From Azolla caroliniana (lineage: Eukaryota; Plantae; Polypodiophyta): 64,000 nt of DNA. The number at the start of each line of letters is the position of its first letter. The first letter of the stretch is position 1. The translations under genes were made by a program, and so were the position numbers. The notes beneath the pieces are model-generated. The model was not told the origin of the DNA. It worked only from the letters and a program-made list of their open reading frames with translations, and searched no databases. Below are positions 56,780 through 64,000 of this stretch, one piece after another. The DNA lies in the NCBI GenBank assembly GCA_043228905.1, contig JBHGNT010000016.1, forward strand, positions 2,852,001-2,916,000, in the 5' to 3' direction.

Positions 56780-58344
56780 TTGTACGCCCGCCCATAATAA
56801 TTTGCAATAGTGACTTATCTCTATATGTTGGGTTGCACCGATGCATATGAGCAATGAGCATCATCATCACTAGAATAAGCATAGGCAATAACATCATAAT
56901 GGTTGCTACTCTAGGAGCTCTTGGGGAATGAAGATGGATCACCCGAATTAGGATCTTCCCATGATTAATGCAAGTGACACACATCATAGGGAATGCTCCG
57001 ACCATTGAGATTGTTGTGACCACCACAAATTTTTAGGATCATCACTATCCCTTGAAGTCCTTGCACCATGGTTTGTAATAGCAATATGGCCATCCGCCTC
57101 CACCCTACAATGCTCGCCACTTGTACTAGCCTAGGTGACCCCAATCGCCCCGACTACAACCAATGGATCAACCAACTCATGTGTTGGACATGGTGCCTCC
57201 ATCACAACCAACTTAGTCACTTCACTACCCAAAGCCTCCTAAGTCAACCAGAAGCCAAGGGAAAATGCTTAACCACTAACTTCATTGGGTCCACCACCAA
57301 TAACATATTATAGGTGCATTTTGTGCATCAACTTCATTAGGTTCACCACCAATACCATATTATAAGTGCATATTGGGCAATAGACAATGGTTGCCAATCC
57401 TTGGGCCACACACAAGGAAGTCGAACTTAGGACCAAACTTCCGTCAAATGCAAATGCCAAGGAACACTTCCCACAATGTCTTTACCCAAACCGGTAAGAG
57501 TATCCACATGGATAAGCTCCATCAAGCTCCTCTTATCATGGCAAATGATATCTAGCTTCCCCTCCAAGCTAGTTAGGTCATGATACTACCTCTCAATAAA
57601 CTATTATGCCTCTTGTTCATGTTTCAATGCACTAACAAGTGTCATTCCCTTTGCATTCTACACCCCCACGAAAGAAGTGTTCACCAATATGGCCTTCACA
57701 AAGTTCGCCATCGGCCCCGTTGGTTGTAGATGAGAACTCGCCCATTGTAAGCCTTCACACAAATGGGTTTGATGACCTAGAGATCATGATCTATGGTGGG
57801 TTCAAGACATCAATGTCATCAGTAAGCACACTTGTCATTGGTTGGGGATTCACAAGAGTAAATTGCCCTTTCCACCTTGGGATATGGTGGATGGGATCTC
57901 GTAGAGCGATAATAGTTATGACTAAGATAAAGTGAGAGGAGGAGAAGTAGATCACGTTCTCAAGTTGACAATGTTGGAGTGATTTGATGAGAGAGGATAT
58001 GAGAAAACAGACACATAGAAAGAAATGTGAATTATGTGCACACCATGGATGGAATGGAAGCAGGGAACTCAAAACAAACAAACCCTCTCTTCACCCTAAT
58101 GTGTGTAACTCTAAGAATCACTAAACCCATAAACTAATCTTCTTCTCATCAAGTCACCATATCAATAAACGTTAATTCCAACTCTAATTGATAGGCCCTA
58201 ACCCCTAAACACATCCTCCTCCTTGACAGATCATTGCCCAAAGTTATCTTGGCCCCCCTCTTTATCTCTTGCAATGGTGAGTGACCTTCCAAGGGCATTC
58301 AATGTTGCTTCTGCTACTTCTCTAATGTTTCTGGTTTCTTTAGG

Positions 58345-58378
<34 letters not shown>

Positions 58379-58707
58379 AGATATCAACCTCAACTAACTT
58401 TAGTTATTTTGTCAATGATGTAACTTAGTTGTTACATAAATAGAATCTAGTTAGTATGGTGACCTTAAAGCCTTAAATAGGACTTTGTACTTAAGTGGGT
58501 ACATTCTAGATCCTCCACTCCCAAGTACGTAAATAATATAGGACTTGCATCGTTGTACCTATATTCTCCTCACACATATGCACCATTGCACATGAGATGT
58601 ATATCTACCTCATTGTGGGTATTTTTGAACTTGATGTTTATTAATATAGAGAAAGTCTTTAAGCTAGACTTGTGTTAATCATCCCCCATTGTGTCGTTCA
58701 TTAGTGT

Positions 58708-58787
<80 letters not shown>

Positions 58788-58993
58788 TCACTCACTCACT
58801 CACTCACTCACTCACATATCACATAGTCTTCCGTTGCTCAATCACATACGTGATTAACTACTCACATAATTAGATACTAATTAACCCTTAGTTAATGACC
58901 TAATTATTAATATGGTATCAGAGTGTGTGGTTTAGCATATCCACTAAGCCCATCTTACTCGTAGTGATTGTGTGTTTGAGACGCCGACGACAA

Positions 58994-59056
58994 GGCCAAC
59001 TCATTAGGCTCATGACCTGAAGACTACGGTGCGGGTTCAAACCCTGCCCCCGCACT
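58994..59056 (+). pseudogene. 5'-truncated tRNA-Met(CAT)-like sequence resembling plant mitochondrial tRNA-fMet
   Basis: Anticodon arm TTAGG-CTCATGA-CCTGA, T arm GCGGG-TTCAAAC-CCTGC, 3' acceptor strand CCCCGCA. Confidence 0.7.
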
Positions 59057-59747
59057 ACATGTTGTTAACAGTAAAAAAGCAAATGAAGATTATTGTATAA
59101 TAATCCATGCTTAAGAATGGGAAACTAACGTGACTATTCATATTGTCAATTCGTTATCATTCGTGTTGTCAATGAGACAGTGAAAACTATACGAAGCATA
59201 CAAAATAACTAATATACGAAACAAACGCGATCGAACATTTGGAAATACGTCAGTTTCTTACGATTCTATTGTTCTCGGTAAAATTCGAGTGGAAATCTAA
59301 AAAGGAGTTACGGAGTAGCTTTTTCGCCTCAATCTATCTCGGGGGAGAGGGCGCAATCAAAAGATTGTGGATTGGAACCGGGGCGCGGGGTGTTGGGAAT
59401 TGGAATGCGCCACAAACAAACGATGGATAATTAGGATTTGAACGATGAGTAGGAGAAATCTATCGATTCGTAAGTACCACTTCGCATGAAACTGAGGCGC
59501 CAAGCCTTGGGGGACCAGGCAATTTCACGTGATACTTCCATTGGAATTGAGTCGATTTCGAGTGACTTCACCACTGGCTGGATGAGCCAGCCATACCACA
59601 TTTTCACCTATCAATCTGTCGCTAATTCTATCGGTATTTAGATTTCCTTTAGTATTAAACTCCGGTCATTCACTACCATAGTAACGCTATGTAGCAAGTG
59701 TACGTGATCGAAGAAGGAAAAGCCGAAAAAGAAGACACTACATCAAC

Positions 59748-60495
59748 ATGAACACACAAATGGGTAGCTCGCTCCCTAGTGAAAAGCTAGACCGGAGCAA
59801 TTTCTCATATTGGGAGTACAAGATGAACCAATACCTTGTCGGCCAAGGTTATTGGAGCTACATCAACGACGTACTTGAAAACGAACCCGACATCACAATA
59901 GCCAACTACCTAACATGGATGCAAGCAGCGAGTTGGGTCATGTATTGCTTGTCAACATGTGTCCACGATCACATGCCCTATCACATTCAAGACGCCGAGA
60001 CGACTAAAGAATCATGGGAAAACTTGAAGAAAATATTTGCCATCAAAACGACCGCCTGCAAGCTTCAACTTCGGCAAGAGTTGAACAACATTCGGCAGAA
60101 GGACATATCCATGACAGATTACACCGTCAAGATAAAGAGTATTTGAGACTCTCTTGGCTCCATCAACATAAACATCAACGAAGACGAAATGGTTCAAGTA
60201 TGTTTGGGCGGACTCGCACAACGGTTTGACCCAATAAGGACAACAATCTTGGCGAGAGAAAACCCGCCCTCATTTTTCAATCTCCAATCCATGTTATTGG
60301 TTGAAGAGAATCACATTAGAACAAAGAGCAAGACATCGGAAGTGACAAATGTTCGTCTTGAACTTGGAAGGTGGTTGAGGTGAAAGATGTCGTTTCGGCC
60401 AAGGTCGAGGAGGACAAGTCAATTGGAATCACGAAAGTAACTCAAACCTTCAGCAACCAAACAGAAATACTCGAGGAACCTTCAGAAGAAGGGGG
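59748..60495 (+). pseudogene. gag: Copia-3 gag
   Basis: UBN2-type Gag (WENLKKIF..KLQLRQELNNIRQ..CLGGL..LLVEE) with stops. Confidence 0.8.
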
Positions 60496-61683
60496 TGTCA
60501 AATATGGGTATATAATGACTGTATTCACATTGTCTCATTGGACACACTAGGTTTAGGCTATTTCTTTAAATAGCGGAAAGGGCAATTACCCTAAGTCAGT
60601 CAATATTTAAATTGAGTCTTGTAACCTACTCTTGTAATTGTATTATTCTCATTGTTGACCTTGTCTTATGATTCAATTGTCTATTCTTACCAATATGTTT
60701 CTTTGTACTCGTTGAAGATCTTCAACTCAAAGAGTGTTGAGATTGTTCCGCATCTGACGACCGGTTCCAACATATGGTATTAGAGCTAGGTTCTTGTATT
60801 TAGCTAACGGTTGTCTTCTTGTCTTCATCAGCATCTCACTTTTTAGCAACCCCGGAAGATCTCTCTATTAACTTCACCTTGATAGAACAAATTCTGATTT
60901 CACTCTGGCTGAAATCTTCTGATCAACAACTCCAACAAGATCATTTTTCATCGAGGAGAAACACCTGAAAAGTTTGCACTTCACTGAGCTTAATCAATCT
61001 TGAAGTAAGCCAGTCAATTGTACTTTACTATTATGATTGTAGCCACTAGGAGTGAGACTCCCTTCTTGAACCGACCATACTTGTGCTTCATCCGGTTAGG
61101 CGACAATCGAATAGGTCATCCAACGTTATTCACTCGGTCACCGTAACCACTTGAAGCAAAGTCAGCCCCAAGAACAACCCCCATCCGTTCTTCATTCGCT
61201 ATACGAAAAATGTTCGGAAAGACTAGTCGGATTTGTTCCTCTTGTTGTCGTAGCCACCCGAAGTAGGATCGACCTGGAAAAACGACACTTCTGGACCCAA
61301 ATTTGTGATCGGATTTGAAATCTAAATTTGAAATTGAATTGATAGTTAAATGTGCTCAATCTGACTAGGCAACATTCGGGAAGACCAGTCGCTTTGTTCC
61401 TCCAATTGTCATAGCCACCTCGAGCAAGCTTACTACCCAATTGTCACCCAAAGTCCAATCGACTAACCAATTGTCACATTCGTGTCCAATTCGGTTAGGT
61501 AGATTGATTGTAGCCACTTCGGATAGAATCTGCCAATAGTCAAATTTGATTTGACTCGTGTCCAAATCTGACTAGAACGATATCGGGTGAGCTAGCCGGT
61601 TGCACCCCATCATTGTTCGTAGTCGACTCCAGACAAAGTCTAGTAAGCCAACATAGATGGCATCAACATCCGACTCATCAGAA

Positions 61684-63690
61684 CCTGCGGGTAAAAAATA
61701 TTGGGAGGAAGGTCATGTGTCATTCTCGCATATGTTGAAGTTCTAGAAACAATTTTGGTCACTTAAGTGTATGAATAAGGTATTACATTTTCGATGGTTG
61801 ATGATTCATTACACCTTGCCAATAGGAGGTATATTGAGGGGAACAGTGCCTGACAGATCATGTGTTATGTGTGGGTTTGCAGTTGAGACATTGCATCATG
61901 TTTTTTGGGAATGTGTTGCGGCCAAAAGTTTTTGGTTTCGAATTCTTAGGTTATTAGGTCGTAAGTATGGTAAGCCATTTTCACGTGGGGTGCAGTATTT
62001 TGGGGAACGTTGGATCAGCAAAAGGCTTTTTATCATTATCATAATTCTTCATTGACTTTACAGGTAAAAAGTTTTCAAGTGTACTCTATTTCCAACTTTG
62101 TACCGGGAATCAAGTTCTTCTCGCGGTGTTATGTTTGGCAGATTGTTTCCTCTTTGGCCCTATGGGTTTTGTGGAAAGCGAGATGTTCCAAACTATACAA
62201 CGATGAACAAATTCATGTGTGAATCAGGTTAAGACCTTTTGGGAATTACTGATACATACAGTAAAAGGTGAGTATGATAGTTATAAGGGTGATGGAAATA
62301 AAGCTAACCAGAAAAGAAGAAGAATTTGTAGAGTCTGGGCAGTTATTCCCATTTTGTTGGATGCAGATGATGATGTAAAGTGGAATTACGTTCCACCTCG
62401 TTGGTTGTTTCCGCCACCAGCACCGTTCTTAGTGTATACAACGTGGCAAGGATGAGTGAGGATGTTGTTGAGGGTTGAAGCAAAATTTCATGAGGACAGT
62501 TCATTCATTTTGTTTGTTGTCTATACAGGAACTTGGTGAAAATGGCGAGAGGGTTGCTGTGGAATTATTTTGAAGCAGATTTAGGTATTATAACTTTTAG
62601 AATGATGAATGAAGATGGGGAAGGAGGCAAATACAAATTTTCATGATGGTCTGAGGAGTGTATATATACAGGAAAGTGTTGAAAGTGGAGAGGATTTTGA
62701 TGCAAAATGGTGAGTTGTTTTGATGTGGAAGTTTTTTTTGAAGCAAACTTATTTATTTTCAATTTTTAGAATGATGATTGAAGATGGTGGCAGAGGTAGA
62801 AGCAAGGTTTCATGAGGGTTTGAGGAGAGTGGATTCATTCTAGTATTCTTTTTGTAGGTAGAAAACTCGAGTGATGAATGGCAAGTGGAAAATGAAGTTG
62901 ATTTATTTTGAAAGGATGAGTGAAGATGGTGGCGGAGGCCGAAGCAAGGTTTCATGAGGGTTTGAGGAGAATGGATTCATTCTGGTTTTTGTAGGTACAG
63001 GACTCGGGAGATGAATGGCAAGATGGTTGTAGTGGAAAATGAAGTTGATTTAATTTTGGAAGGATGAGTGAAGATGGTGGTGGAGGTAAAAGCAAGGTTT
63101 CATGACGGTTTCAGGAGTCAGAGTGGATTCATTCTGAGTTTTTTGTAGGTACAAGACTCGGGTGATGAATGGCAACAGGATCTTGATGGAAAATGGAGAG
63201 ATGGCTGATGTGGAAATATGTTTAAGCACATTTATTTGTTTTTAGTTTATACAACGTTGAGAGAAGATGGTGGCGGAGGTAGAAGCAAATTTTCATGAGG
63301 GTCTGAGGGGAGTGGATTGATTAGAGAACCAATATTTTCATATGGTAGGCTCATCTGGCTCATCTGGATCATTTGGATATGATGAAATCTTACATGTAGC
63401 AGCGATCAAGGAATCATTGTGAAAGAAGATATATCACTACATGTTGAATACGATGGAATTGATGCTAGGGGCTTTGGCATGGAATCAACATTACTTGGTG
63501 ATATGGACACTGGTAGGGCAACAATATTACTTAGGGAGAAGTTCACCGATATTATCTTGTATCTTGCCTTTATCTTTATCTAGAAAGATTGGCTACACAT
63601 TATTCATTGTAATGTTGGATTATTTTGTATCTTGCCTTTGGCTACTTTAATCTTAATACTAATGGAGGATAATTTTTATGAAAATAAAAA
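61684..63690 (+). mobile_element. 5'-truncated L1-type LINE (ORF2 C-terminal zf-RVT region 61700-62455, 3' UTR, A-rich tail)
   Basis: CVMCG..ETLHHVFWEC and LWVLWKARC; ~19-bp TSD AACATCCG(A/G)CTCATCA(G/A)AA at 61665-61683 and 63691-63709. Confidence 0.85.
62611..63320 (+). repeat. Five imperfect 140-190-bp tandem units in the LINE 3' UTR
   Basis: GAAGATGGTGGCGGAGG..AGCAAGGTTTCATGAGGG starts at ~62611, 62780, 62922, 63070 and 63263. Confidence 0.8.
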
Positions 63691-64000
63691 AACATCCGGC
63701 TCATCAAAAATGAGTCTAAGGATGTTCAACAAGTAAAACTTCAACTTCTAGAAGGAGCAGATGCAGGACTATCTAATAGTCAAGGGTCAGATCGACCCAA
63801 TCGAGACAGAAAACATTCCAAAAGGATACAAACCGAATGAGTGGAAATAACTTGATAGAGTTGTCCGAGCCACCATTCAGATGCACTTCTTGGAGTCAGT
63901 GTGCCATAATTGGAATCGGCACAATAGAGCTCAACCTTCCATGTGGCTCTACATTTGTACTACGCAATGTCTGACATGTATCTGAGCTCTCACGACCGCT

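Larger units (their letters stand above)
58374..60495 (+). mobile_element. Copia-3 5' portion: LTR (~58374-58910), tRNA-iMet PBS (58913-58923), leader, degenerate gag
   Basis: TGTTG after a (TA)n tract; PBS TGGTATCAGAG; gag EKLDRSNF..W....L.GQGYW. Confidence 0.78.
60496..64000 (+). mobile_element. Copia-4: short LTR 60496-60772, PBS 60775-60786, long leader, gag start at 61657 split by a LINE and resuming at 63710
   Basis: TG..CA, then TGGTATTAGAGC; gag ..NFNF*KEQMQDYL..EWK*LDR; protease-adjacent IIGIGTI..LRNV*HV. Confidence 0.75.

Noticed and set aside
58692-58815. (CT)n/(CA)n/(CTCA)n and other GA microsatellites as independent features
   Set aside because: Ordinary LTR-embedded microsatellites.
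60484-60495. AGAAGAAGGGGG as a PPT making 60496-60772 the 3' LTR of Copia-3
   Set aside because: The LTR does not match 58374-58910 and is followed by a PBS, so it is better read as the 5' LTR of another element; the purine run fits Arg/Gly-rich gag codons.

Overview
This window is plant nuclear DNA, probably from a non-seed plant such as a fern (inferred from the Tcn1-type chromoviruses and CCCTAAA repeats). It is almost entirely a deep nest of LTR retrotransposons, with no recognisable host gene and a 100-N gap at 47086-47185. It contains three groups. (1) At least four Ty1/copia elements. (2) Four Tcn1-like chromoviral Ty3/gypsy copies: C is young with near-identical LTRs; D, E and K are degraded. 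(3) About eight copies or pieces of a GC-rich, tRNA-Trp-primed, chromodomain-less Ty3/gypsy family, called 'W' here; copy B looks intact. A 5'-truncated L1-type LINE is also present. Comparing copies within the window exposes cis-acting signals. The Tcn1-like LTRs each carry an antisense tRNA-spaced Pol III A-box/B-box cassette at the U3 tip, perfect heat-shock elements, and a covarying self-priming R/PBS duplex instead of a tRNA PBS. Both gypsy families have -1 ribosomal frameshift cassettes (G_UUA_AAC plus hairpin; G_GAU_UUU plus probable pseudoknot). Family W makes 4-bp CG-centred TSDs, has a DHG protease motif and has a covarying palindromic-loop hairpin before its PPT. A 79-bp TG..CA mini-element and a mitochondrial-type tRNA-fMet mimic inside a copia leader were also seen. 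All alignments and folds were done by eye.
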